Of a DNA stretch of 59,973 nucleotides, positions 16,162-24,867 are shown one piece after another. The position numbers and the translations under genes were made by a program. The notes under the pieces are model-generated. The model saw nothing but the letters and a program-made list of their open reading frames with translations, searched no databases and was not told where the DNA came from. How positions within the stretch are numbered: the first letter of the stretch is position 1; each line of letters starts with the position of its first letter. The DNA is from Alphaproteobacteria bacterium (GTDB lineage Bacteria > Pseudomonadota > Alphaproteobacteria > GCA-2731375): positions 1 to 59,973 of the forward strand of contig JAYGEA010000128.1 of the NCBI GenBank assembly GCA_046582635.1, written 5' to 3'.

Positions 16162-17322
16162 GGAACCATGGGAACCGGAGTTCCCTGATCCTCGGAGTCC
16201 AACCACCTGCTGGTCACATCACTTCGGTACTTTGTCAAAAGAAGCTTTGTCCGAAGACATTGCTGTCTAAAAACGCCGCCCCGAAATGTGGTTCCCAAAC
16301 TTGCGTTCAAAAACCCGTGGCCAAGGGCCTGCTGCTCCAACGGTTCGGTGGTCATGGTGCCGCGCCCCGAAGGGTTCCGCGCCCTAATCGCCTTACCGTA
16401 TGGGCCGTTCCACGTATTGCCGCGGATCCGAAGACGCGCCGCAAACAGCTTTCCCGCCCAACCAATCCAGACACACCCACGGTTTAACCCGCTTGTCGCC
16501 TCGACCGGCTTGCCAACCTGGATAATCTGCGGGCCACCCCTAGAGGTCAACGCGCAAACCATTCCGACCAGCCGGATCGCTCCACCGAAAGGTTTCCGCC
16601 CGAAGGTTTCTCCCAGAAGGCTTCACAATCCCCGTTCCGTTGTACGCCATGGTTCCCCCCGAAGGCTTCACCTAGGCATCCATCGACCCGGTTGCCGAAT
16701 TTCCGTTCCAACCCGAAGGCCGGATCTTCCACCCGGCGGGTCAAGGTCACCCGACATCTCCGAAGAGCTGCACGCTTCCCTGATCCCGGCCTTGCCCTTT
16801 GTCATCCAGCCGATCCGAAGACCCGCCAAACATCAACCGACCTGGCCTTTGACCGCAGCACCCGTCATGCCCGAAGGCACGCCAGCCTCGCGATCCCGAC
16901 CGCCTGGTATCGTAAGATCCGCATCCGAAGATTTGCACCCAATGACACCCGCTTCCGGTTGGATTGTTTCACCGTTCCCGCATCACCCGGAAGCATGGCG
17001 ACAACCGCTCCTCAATCCGCCGGCCGAACCCGCCCGAAGGCCGTTTCCGCCAGCTCGGCCAACCTACCCGAGGATGTGCACCCGAAGATCCGCATCCAAA
17101 GTCACTTGGCCATTCGACCCTTCACCGAACGAAGGCACCCGGAGGCGTCATCGATAGGTTCCCGGTCCCGAAATGCCATCCACATCGGTTGCCCGTTGCG
17201 GTATCCAATGGCCTGTTCCAACCAAGGTTGGCGCAAACCAAATGGGTCTTGGTACCCCGCGGCGGCCCCGGCTTTTGAATGCCTCGCTTTTGAAGGCTTG
17301 GCATTCATCCTTCGTGACCGCT
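16089..17322 (-). ncRNA. Candidate large structured non-coding RNA (~1.2 kb) with tandem UUCG-capped hairpins
   Basis: 13 CCGAAG on + (=CUUCGG on -) at 16139, 16251, 16367, 16428, 16600, 16659, 16713, 16760, 16815, 16871, 16925, 17034, 17082, most flanked by complementary arms with G-U pairs valid only on minus; terminal stem + U6; no credible protein. Ends approximate. Confidence 0.7.
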
Positions 17323-17387
17323 GATTGGAATGGTGGATCGGAATGATGCGGCAAACAAGATGAATTTGTAAGGAAACGTCAATTTCC

Positions 17388-17436
17388 TGTGGATAACTGA
17401 AATATTATTACACAATCACCCCACAAGCTATCCACA
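17388..17436. promoter_or_regulatory. DnaA boxes
   Basis: TGTGGATAA (17388-17396, perfect reverse complement of TTATCCACA) and CTATCCACA (17428-17436, 1 mismatch) in an AT-rich intergenic region. Confidence 0.6.
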
Positions 17437-17697
17437 AGCCTCGGTTAACCAATTCTGAATTGCCAATCGATTCATTAACTTACGGGCAATGTTATGGCAA
17501 ATAAAAACCAGGTCCGGCGCGGCAAATCAAGGTGGGTTTTAGGTCGAAAAGCGGCTTCATCGACCCTGGGGCTGCTTCGAATCAGTTGAAAACACAATTC
17601 AATTCAAATTGCGCCAGAATCGGTCCCGATAATTTTCGTAAATGATGGTTCCGCCGGCTTTCTCCGACCTACGCTGGTCCTTGGCGGGCAATATATC

Positions 17698-17821
17698 CTA
17701 ATCAATGTCCAACCGTTTCCAATCCAGAATGGGCCTCTCCTGGCCCGCCTCGGGGACGTTGTCCAGCAGGTCACCTTCCAGATGGATCGTGGCAGTCCAC
17801 CTCGTCGTAAAATCTGCTCAT
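17698..17821 (-). pseudogene. Probable deleted-gene remnant
   Basis: MSRFYDEV start right after the Fe-ADH gene, joined out of frame to TIHLEGDLLDNVPEAGQERPILDWKRLDID* with host-like codon usage; family not recognised. Confidence 0.3.
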
Positions 17822-17847
17822 GACTGGTTCCGCTCGAAAGGGGCCTC

Positions 17848-19017
17848 CTAAAATGCGGCGCGCAGGATTTCCATGATCTGATCGGGGGAGCGGATCTCCC
17901 GCGGGTTGGAATAGGTCCAGGAATCCAGCATGCAGTTTTCCGCCAGTTGCAGCAGTTGATCCTCGGTAATGTCCACGTCGCGCAGGGTCCGGGGCATGCC
18001 CAGGCCGGAAATCAGCTTGTCCAGGGCATCGCCGGCGGAGCCGCCCGGTTGCCCCAGCGCGGCGGCGATATCCGCCTGGCGGTTGGAATTGATGGCGGCG
18101 TTATAGTCCATCACGTACGGCAGCATGATGCAGGAAGTATAGCCGTGGGGTACATTCGCCGTGCCGCCCAAAATATGGCCAATGGCATGGCTGGCGCCCA
18201 GCCGGGTACCGGTGACGATGCCGGTCATGGAAATCCAGGCGCCCATGAGGCATTGCAGGCGGGCCTCCAAATCCGATGGGTCGGCCTTGACCCGGGCCAG
18301 CCCCGCGCTCAACAGGCGCAGGGCCTGCAGGGCGGCGCCGTCGGTATAGGCGTTGGCATCCAGGGAGCAATAGGTCTCCACCGCATGGTCCACGGCGCGA
18401 ATGCCCGTGGACAGCCACAGCCATTCCGGCGTGTAAATGGTGGCGGCGGGGTCCAGGATCACCAAAATGGGAATGATGCCCGGATGCATATAGCTTTGTT
18501 TCAGCTTCTCCACCGTGTTGGTAATCCCGGCGCGGGCATTGAATTCACCCCCCGACAGGGTGGTCGGCACGACGATCTGGCGTACCGTGGGCGCGTCGTA
18601 TTCGGGGCAATGGTGGTCGCCGTTTTCATCCACCACGGTGCGGAACGGCTCCAGCCCGGCGGCTTCGGAAATATTGTGTTGCAGACAAATGGTCACCGCC
18701 TTGCCGCCGTCCGTGGCCGAGCCGCCGCCGAAACTGACCAGCAGATCACAACCAGCCTCCCGCGCGGCGTTGGCGCAATCCACCACCGCCTCCCGTGGCG
18801 AGTGCGAAGGCATATGGTCCCAGCGCCCGGCGTACCGGGAACCCAGCGCCGCCGCCATTGTCTCGACCGCATCCGTGTCCCGATTTAAGGTGCCGCTGAC
18901 CAGCAGATAGACCCGTTCCGCGCCCAGGCGCTCGGCCTCGCCAGCTACCGCGCCCGCCGCCTCCTGTCCGAAGATGACCCGTTCCATGCCCGTAAAGACG
19001 ACTTCACCGCTTTGCAT
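17848..19017 (-). CDS. Iron-containing alcohol dehydrogenase (maleylacetate reductase-like)
   Basis: GGGSATDGGK, PTTLSGGE, DHAVE, HAIGH...HG iron ligands. Confidence 0.9.
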   Translation of the reverse strand: MQSGEVVFTGMERVIFGQEAAGAVAGEAERLGAERVYLLVSGTLNRDTDAVETMAAALGSRYAGRWDHMPSHSPREAVVDCANAAREAGCDLLVSFGGGSATDGGKAVTICLQHNISEAAGLEPFRTVVDENGDHHCPEYDAPTVRQIVVPTTLSGGEFNARAGITNTVEKLKQSYMHPGIIPILVILDPAATIYTPEWLWLSTGIRAVDHAVETYCSLDANAYTDGAALQALRLLSAGLARVKADPSDLEARLQCLMGAWISMTGIVTGTRLGASHAIGHILGGTANVPHGYTSCIMLPYVMDYNAAINSNRQADIAAALGQPGGSAGDALDKLISGLGMPRTLRDVDITEDQLLQLAENCMLDSWTYSNPREIRSPDQIMEILRAAF

Positions 19018-19041
19018 ATTATGTTTCCTATCTTTCGTCCG

Positions 19042-20532
19042 CTATGACGGATTGGGATCGTTGATCTTGTCCAGGGGGAAGATCGGCCGGCGCACGTTCT
19101 TGAAATCCAGCATGTCATAGTCCGAGGTGCAAACCCCGACGCCGGCACATTCGATCACCTGTTTCGCTACCTCGCCAAAGCCGGCGCGATAATGAATGCG
19201 GCTTTTCAACATCAGGTACTTTTTCTTCAACGGATCAATCCCGAGGCTGAGGAAGCAATTCAGATCGTTGGGTTCCTGATGCCGGCTGATCACCACGATT
19301 TCCACCTTGCCGGTGTCCAGCACCACGGTCGGGCCCATGTCCTGCAAGATACCGGTCGCGGCCGGGCCTTGATTGCGGAACTGGCCGTTGGAAATAATCT
19401 TCACAATACCGGTCACCTGGCGCGGTTCGCCCTGGCGATCGATCGAGGGCATATCAATCTTGCCGCCCAGATTTATGGTGACCTGGGCGCCCACGCCGGC
19501 CGCAATCATCTCCCGCACGGCGCCGGGATCATGGATGGCGAAGGCGGCGACGTCCTCCAACCCCGCATCCAGCACCCCGCCCAGCACCGCCATGGTATCC
19601 ATGGTGCCGCCCGATGCGGCGTTGTCGTAATGGTCCAGCACCACGACGGGGCCTTCTGTGGCCGCCTTGGCCCGGGCCAGGGAGTCTTCCAAGGGTTCGA
19701 TCTGATAGACGAAGGCTTCCCGTTCGTTCCAGGCAAAATCCAGCAGCTCGTCGCGATAGCGTTCGGCCAGCGCGGGGTCATTGTCCGTCACCACCACCGC
19801 CGACAGACCGGCGTTGTGGATGTCGGCATGGGGGAAGCCAACGAACAAGGTGGCGATCAGGGCGCCCTCGGCCTCCATGCGCTTGGTCATCTCCTGCAGA
19901 TCCTTGTTGGGGAAATTGGCCGTGCCCTGGCGCATCACGTGGGGCAGCATGGGCCGGTTGCCCCAGGCCATGGTGGGGATGCTCCGGCCCGCCAGCATCT
20001 CGAACAACGGCCGCCCCGTGCGTTCGGCGGTCTCGTAATTGTCAATATGGGGATAGGTCTGAAAGCCGCCGATCACCGTGGCGTTGTCGGCGATGGCGTC
20101 ATACATGTTGGTGTGCATGTCGAGGGAGACCGCCATGGGGGTATGGGGCGCAATCTTGCGGATATTGGCCAGCAGGGTGCCCTCTCCATCGTCGGAGCTT
20201 TCGGTCACCATAGCGCCATGCAGATCCAACAGAATGGCATCGCACCCGTCCTCGATGGCCGAGAGAATGCGCGCGGTGATGTAGGCATAGGCGTCGTCCT
20301 GCACGGGGCCGGAGGGGGGCGCATTGGCGGCGATGGGAAAGACCATCTCGGCGCCGGCTTCCTCCGCCAAATCGATAAAGGCGCCGACGCCGCTGTTGGT
20401 GCCCTTGAAGGCGTCATAGACCTCTTGCCCTTCATAGGGCAGGGGCTGCGCCTTGGCAAAGCGTTCGATGGGTGTGGGCACCGGGGAAAAGGTGTTGGTT
20501 TCGTGCTTCATCATGGCGATGACGACGCGCAT
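19042..20532 (-). CDS. M81 family metallopeptidase (MlrC-like)
   Basis: HETNTFSP, LDLHGAM, DMHTN, TYPHID, DNAASGG, KSRIHYRA. Confidence 0.9.
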   Translation of the reverse strand: MRVVIAMMKHETNTFSPVPTPIERFAKAQPLPYEGQEVYDAFKGTNSGVGAFIDLAEEAGAEMVFPIAANAPPSGPVQDDAYAYITARILSAIEDGCDAILLDLHGAMVTESSDDGEGTLLANIRKIAPHTPMAVSLDMHTNMYDAIADNATVIGGFQTYPHIDNYETAERTGRPLFEMLAGRSIPTMAWGNRPMLPHVMRQGTANFPNKDLQEMTKRMEAEGALIATLFVGFPHADIHNAGLSAVVVTDNDPALAERYRDELLDFAWNEREAFVYQIEPLEDSLARAKAATEGPVVVLDHYDNAASGGTMDTMAVLGGVLDAGLEDVAAFAIHDPGAVREMIAAGVGAQVTINLGGKIDMPSIDRQGEPRQVTGIVKIISNGQFRNQGPAATGILQDMGPTVVLDTGKVEIVVISRHQEPNDLNCFLSLGIDPLKKKYLMLKSRIHYRAGFGEVAKQVIECAGVGVCTSDYDMLDFKNVRRPIFPLDKINDPNPS

Positions 20533-20638
20533 GGCTGCCTCCTTCATTATCAATTATTGCGGCGTAGGCTGGCAGAGCGCCGGGGCGGTGGCAAGTATGA
20601 TGTTGGGCATTATGTCGGGAGGTTCGCCGTCGCCGCGA

Positions 20639-21370
20639 TCAGACCTCCATGCGTTGCGCCAGCAGACGCAGCACCTCGTCGGTTTGGCGGACAAAACCAT
20701 AGGCGCCTTGCAGCGACAATGTCGTGGCGTCCTGGAGGTCTTGGGAAAAGGTCGCCGTGCCGTCGTCCACCAATATGACCCGATAGCCCCTGTCGGTGGC
20801 ATCACGCATGGTGGTTTCGACGCAACGGTTGGTCACCACCCCGCCCAGCACCAACGTCTCGATACCCAGATTGCGCAAGGTGGCATCCAGGCCGGTGGAG
20901 GCAAAGGCGCCGTAGGTGGTTTTATTGATGACGATCTCATCCGCCAAGGGTTCCAAAACCTCGACCATGCGTGCCCAGGGATCTGTCCTGGCGGGCAGTG
21001 CCGGTTCGCCGATTTGTTCCCGCGCCTGGTCATTCATGCGCTTGAAAGCCGGCGCCCAATCGCCGCCGTCGGCGCATTCGGAAGCGACGGTGGTAAAGAT
21101 CACCCGATGTTTGCCGGCGCGAAAGACATCCAGCAAGCGCTTCAAGTTGGGTTCCACCATGGACTTCGAGCGTTCCTGAAGATATTCCCCCAGACCTGAT
21201 GTCCGCCGATCTATCATCCGCGAAAAGGGCGATTGGGGATTGATGAAGTATTCCTGCATATCGATGATTAACAGGGCGGTCTTGGCGAGATCGAATTCCA
21301 CCGGCAGATTGTTTAGTTTGTTCTGGGCGGCGATATATCTTTCATGGGCCGCCGTTATGCCTTTGCTCAT
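20639..21370 (-). CDS. Isochorismatase-family cysteine hydrolase
   Basis: LLIIDMQ, KTTYGAF, GVVTNRCVETT (D-K-C triad). Confidence 0.9.
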   Translation of the reverse strand: MSKGITAAHERYIAAQNKLNNLPVEFDLAKTALLIIDMQEYFINPQSPFSRMIDRRTSGLGEYLQERSKSMVEPNLKRLLDVFRAGKHRVIFTTVASECADGGDWAPAFKRMNDQAREQIGEPALPARTDPWARMVEVLEPLADEIVINKTTYGAFASTGLDATLRNLGIETLVLGGVVTNRCVETTMRDATDRGYRVILVDDGTATFSQDLQDATTLSLQGAYGFVRQTDEVLRLLAQRMEV

Positions 21371-21396
21371 GCTTTCAACTCCAATAGTAAATTTAG

Positions 21397-22440
21397 CTAT
21401 GTCGCGCCATAGCCCTTGAAGGCCACGGGGATGCGCTGGATATCCTGGATCACCTCCGCCGGCAGGCTGCCGCGCAGCTCGGACGAGGCGCTGTCCGATA
21501 CCGTATCGGAGATACCGCCGAAGCGTTCGGCAACGGCGCCGGCAATCTCGTCATGGCGGCCGACGGCGGCAAACAGGCGGACCACGTCGTCGGAGATTTC
21601 CCCTGTCATCTTGTCCCATTGATCGGTCTTGGACATGTGGTTCAGTTTGTGACCCAGGTCGAGCAGGTCATGCTGTTCCAGCACCGGCCAGTAGGCCCGG
21701 GTGGAGCCGTAGAAGCCAACCCGCATGCGGACCCATTCCACCACTTTGTCCACGGTTTCGTCGTCCGGGCCGGTGGCGATAAAGCCGCCGCCCGAGATCT
21801 CGAAGTTTTCCCGGCGCCGCCCGACGCTCTCGATGGCGCTGTCCAGACGGGGGATGACAATTTTTTCGAGATACTTGCGGGTACAAAAGGCGTGCAGGCG
21901 GGCGCCATCGTATTCCTGGCCGGCCACTTTCATCATGGCCGGCCCCACGGCGGCGACGGTGATGGGCGGTGGTGGAGAGGCAATGGCCTCCGGCGTGAAG
22001 TTGGGGGTCATCAGGGTAAAGCGGTAATGGGCGCCCTCGAAGTTCAGCGCTTCGCCGGTCTTCCAGTTGTTCCAGATGGCGCGCAGGGCCTGGGCGTATT
22101 CCCGCAGGCGCGGTGCCGGTGGGGTCCAGGGGGCGGAAAAGCGCCGCTCGTTATGGCCCTTGACCTGGCTGCCGATGCCGAGGACAAAACGCCCGCCCGA
22201 GGCAGCCTGCAGATCCCAGCCGATGTTGGCCACGGTCATGGGACTGCGGGCGAAGGCGATGGCGATGCCGGTCGAGAGCTGCAGCCGCTCGCTGTTGATG
22301 GCGGCGACGCCCAGGGGCATGAAGGGATCGTGGCGGTTTTCCAATGTTGTGACGCCGTCATAGCCCTTGGCCTCGATGGCGCGGACCGCGTCGGGCACCT
22401 GGGCAAGGTTGTGTTGTGGAATGGTTGTCATCACCCGCAT
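21397..22440 (-). CDS. LLM-class oxidoreductase, putative F420-dependent (MSMEG_2256/TIGR03617-like)
   Basis: ENRHDPF, IAIAFARSP, LGIGSQVKGHNERRF, FYGSTRAY. Confidence 0.8.
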   Translation of the reverse strand: MRVMTTIPQHNLAQVPDAVRAIEAKGYDGVTTLENRHDPFMPLGVAAINSERLQLSTGIAIAFARSPMTVANIGWDLQAASGGRFVLGIGSQVKGHNERRFSAPWTPPAPRLREYAQALRAIWNNWKTGEALNFEGAHYRFTLMTPNFTPEAIASPPPPITVAAVGPAMMKVAGQEYDGARLHAFCTRKYLEKIVIPRLDSAIESVGRRRENFEISGGGFIATGPDDETVDKVVEWVRMRVGFYGSTRAYWPVLEQHDLLDLGHKLNHMSKTDQWDKMTGEISDDVVRLFAAVGRHDEIAGAVAERFGGISDTVSDSASSELRGSLPAEVIQDIQRIPVAFKGYGAT

Positions 22441-22609
22441 GGGGCATCCTCCCGTTGTTTTTTTTATCAGCCGCTCGGTCGCTTGTCCCATCTGGTGCTC
22501 CTTCGGGTCCCAGCCTAAAGGCGTCCGCGTGGTCCGGCAAGATTGCTTGTAGCGCCCTGGCCCCCTTCGCCGCTATGGTGGATAAAACCAGATCTTGAGG
22601 AGAGACCAC

Positions 22610-23566
22610 ATGAGCATTGGCGCGGGCGTTGGCCTGTCCACCTATCCGTTTTCCAGCATCGACGGCTTCTGGGCCTGGGTGCAAATGTGCGAGGAAGGCG
22701 CGGTGGATTCCATCTGGCAGACCGATACCCTGGTCTCCAAGGAACCCATGCTGGAATGCATGACCACCATGGCGGCCCTGGCGGGTGCCACCAAAAAGCT
22801 GAAATTCGGCATGAACGTAGCCTCGGTCGCGTTGCGCAATCCCCTGGTCCTGGCCAAGCAATGCGCCACCATCGATGTGCTCAGCAATGGCCGCTTGCTG
22901 CCCGCCTTTGGCATTGGCAGTACTTTTTCGGCCGATTGGCGCACCACCGGCACCCCCACCAAGCGCCGGGGCAAGCGCACGGACGAGGGCCTGGAGATCA
23001 TTTCGCGTCTGTGGAAGGGCGAGGAAGTCACCCTGGATGGTGAATTCTTTCAATATGACGGCGTGCGTATTTCCCCCTTGCCGGCGCAGGCGGAGCTGCC
23101 GTTGTGGATCGGCGGCTCGTCCGACGCGGCGATCCGGCGCACGGTGAAATACGGCACCGGCTGGCAGGCCTCGTTCGAAAATCCCGAACAGGCCGGGATC
23201 ACGGTCGAGAAGATCAAACAGGGCATGCGGGCGGCGGGCCGTGATTTCGAGGAGGATCATTTCGGCACGGGCATCAACTATCGTTTCGGCAAATGGGATG
23301 ACGACGTGGTGGTCCGCGCCGCGAAACGGTTCGAGCGGGTCGGCGGGCGCAATTCCCGCGACAGCTTTGCCGTCGGCGGGGCGGCGGAACTGTTGGACAA
23401 AATCCGTGCCTTTGCCGATGCCGGCCTGCCAAAACTGATCCTCCGCCCGCTGGCGGCGAACGATACGGACACCATTCGCCAGACCCAATTGATGATCGAC
23501 GAAATCCAACCCGAAATCGCCGCCATGAATAGCGCCGAAAAAGCCAAATTGGCCGCGCAGGCGTAA
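22610..23566 (+). CDS. LLM-class flavin-dependent oxidoreductase
   Basis: TKKLKFG, RNPLVLAKQCATIDVLSNGR, PLWIGG. Confidence 0.85.
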   Translation: MSIGAGVGLSTYPFSSIDGFWAWVQMCEEGAVDSIWQTDTLVSKEPMLECMTTMAALAGATKKLKFGMNVASVALRNPLVLAKQCATIDVLSNGRLLPAFGIGSTFSADWRTTGTPTKRRGKRTDEGLEIISRLWKGEEVTLDGEFFQYDGVRISPLPAQAELPLWIGGSSDAAIRRTVKYGTGWQASFENPEQAGITVEKIKQGMRAAGRDFEEDHFGTGINYRFGKWDDDVVVRAAKRFERVGGRNSRDSFAVGGAAELLDKIRAFADAGLPKLILRPLAANDTDTIRQTQLMIDEIQPEIAAMNSAEKAKLAAQA

Positions 23567-23583
23567 GAATTAGCGCGGCAATG

Positions 23584-23680
23584 GATTCAATACGTTGACG
23601 TAATACTTATATCAATCGATACCTGTAAATAATAGCAGATATACTGCAGTTATATAAATATTACGTCACCGTATTGAATC
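23584..23680. repeat. Inverted-repeat element copy 2
   Basis: GATTCAATACGTTGACGTAATACTTATAT (23584-23612) / ATATAAATATTACGTCACCGTATTGAATC (23652-23680): 29-bp IR with 2 mismatches, AT-rich core. Confidence 0.85.
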
Positions 23681-23716
23681 TAAAAAGACCACACGCAAAT
23701 TTTTGAGGAGATATGA

Positions 23717-24817
23717 ATGTCGTTGAGAGTTGAGGCCGGGCAGTTGCAGGCCCTGATCGCGGAAATATTCGAGCGCGGGGGCTGCATGCCGGATGAGGCC
23801 GAGCGGATTGCCATGCGCCTGTTAGGGGCCAATCTGACCGGGCATGACAGCCACGGCGTGCTGCGCACCTCGCGCTATATCGATTGGTTGAAGCGCGGGT
23901 TGTTTTATGCCGGGCGCAGGGTGCATATCGGCTTTGACAGCGACGCCCTGTGCATCCTGGACGGCCAATACGGTTTCGGCCAGACCATCGGCGAACAGGC
24001 GGTGCGGTTGGGTATGGACAAGGCGGCGAAAAGCGGCGCCGCCGTCGTGGCGTTGAACAATGCGGGCCATTTGGGCCGCATCGGTGATTGGGCCGAAATG
24101 GCGGCGGCGGAAGGCTTTGTCTCAATCCATTTCGTCAATGCGCGGGGCTCCGTCCTGGTGGCGCCTTTTGGCGGCACCGAGCCGCGTTTCTCCACCGCGC
24201 CGTTCTGCGTCGGAGTGCCTAGGGGCGATGATCCGCCCGTGGTGCTGGATTTCGCCACCTCCGTGGTGGCCGAGGGCAAGGTGCTGGTCGCCCACAAGGG
24301 CGGCAAAGCATTGCCCGAGGGCGCCTTGATTGACGAAAACGGCACCCTGTCGACGGACCCGGCGGTGCTGTATGGCACCGCCGGCCCCGACGCCCCGCCG
24401 AACGAACGCAACGGCTTCGGCGCCATCCGGGCCATGGGCGATCACAAGGGATCGGGCCTGGCATTTATCTGCGAACTGCTGGGCGGCTCGTTGACCGGCA
24501 ACCGGGCGACGGGCATCGCCAACGAACATTTTGCCAACGGCATGCTGTCGATCTATCTCTCGGTCGAGGTCTTTGATCGGGGCGGTGGTTTCGCCGACGA
24601 TATCACCCGTTACATCGATTTCGTAAAAAGCGCCAAGCCCTCCGACCCGGACCAACCGATCCTGGTGCCGGGCGACAAGGAACGCGCGGTCAAGGCCGAA
24701 CGCTTGGCCAACGGCGTGCCCCTGACCGAGGAAGCCTGGGACGATATCAAGGGCGCGGCCCGGCGCGTCGGCATGGAGCCTGACGACATCGACGAGATCG
24801 CGGCGCCGATGGCTTGA
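23717..24817 (+). CDS. Ldh_2 family malate/lactate/ureidoglycolate (hydroxycarboxylate) dehydrogenase
   Basis: GHDSHG, GHLGRIG, LDFATS, HKGSGL, PGDKE. Confidence 0.9.
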   Translation: MSLRVEAGQLQALIAEIFERGGCMPDEAERIAMRLLGANLTGHDSHGVLRTSRYIDWLKRGLFYAGRRVHIGFDSDALCILDGQYGFGQTIGEQAVRLGMDKAAKSGAAVVALNNAGHLGRIGDWAEMAAAEGFVSIHFVNARGSVLVAPFGGTEPRFSTAPFCVGVPRGDDPPVVLDFATSVVAEGKVLVAHKGGKALPEGALIDENGTLSTDPAVLYGTAGPDAPPNERNGFGAIRAMGDHKGSGLAFICELLGGSLTGNRATGIANEHFANGMLSIYLSVEVFDRGGGFADDITRYIDFVKSAKPSDPDQPILVPGDKERAVKAERLANGVPLTEEAWDDIKGAARRVGMEPDDIDEIAAPMA

Positions 24818-24867
24818 AGGTTTGGGCTAACGGTTTGGCCTGAGGGATTGGCCCGAGGGACTATCCT

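Noticed and set aside
16171-17163. Long-range pairing GGGAACC/GGUUCCC in the candidate RNA
   Set aside because: The 3' partner is better explained by the local hairpin GGGAAC-UCCG-GUUCCC.
16089-17322. CRISPR array, rRNA, RNase P, tmRNA or group I/II intron
   Set aside because: No conserved direct repeat beyond the hexamer, no cas genes, and none of the universal rRNA, RNase P (GAGGAAAGUCC) or intron motifs were recognised by eye; an Rfam scan is still needed.
16288-17324. ORFs 16288-17157, 16692-17324 (+) and 16026-16562 (-) as proteins
   Set aside because: Pro/Arg-rich, no domain motifs, atypical codon usage; recurring PEG/PKG/RR peptides are by-products of the CCGAAG hairpin motif.
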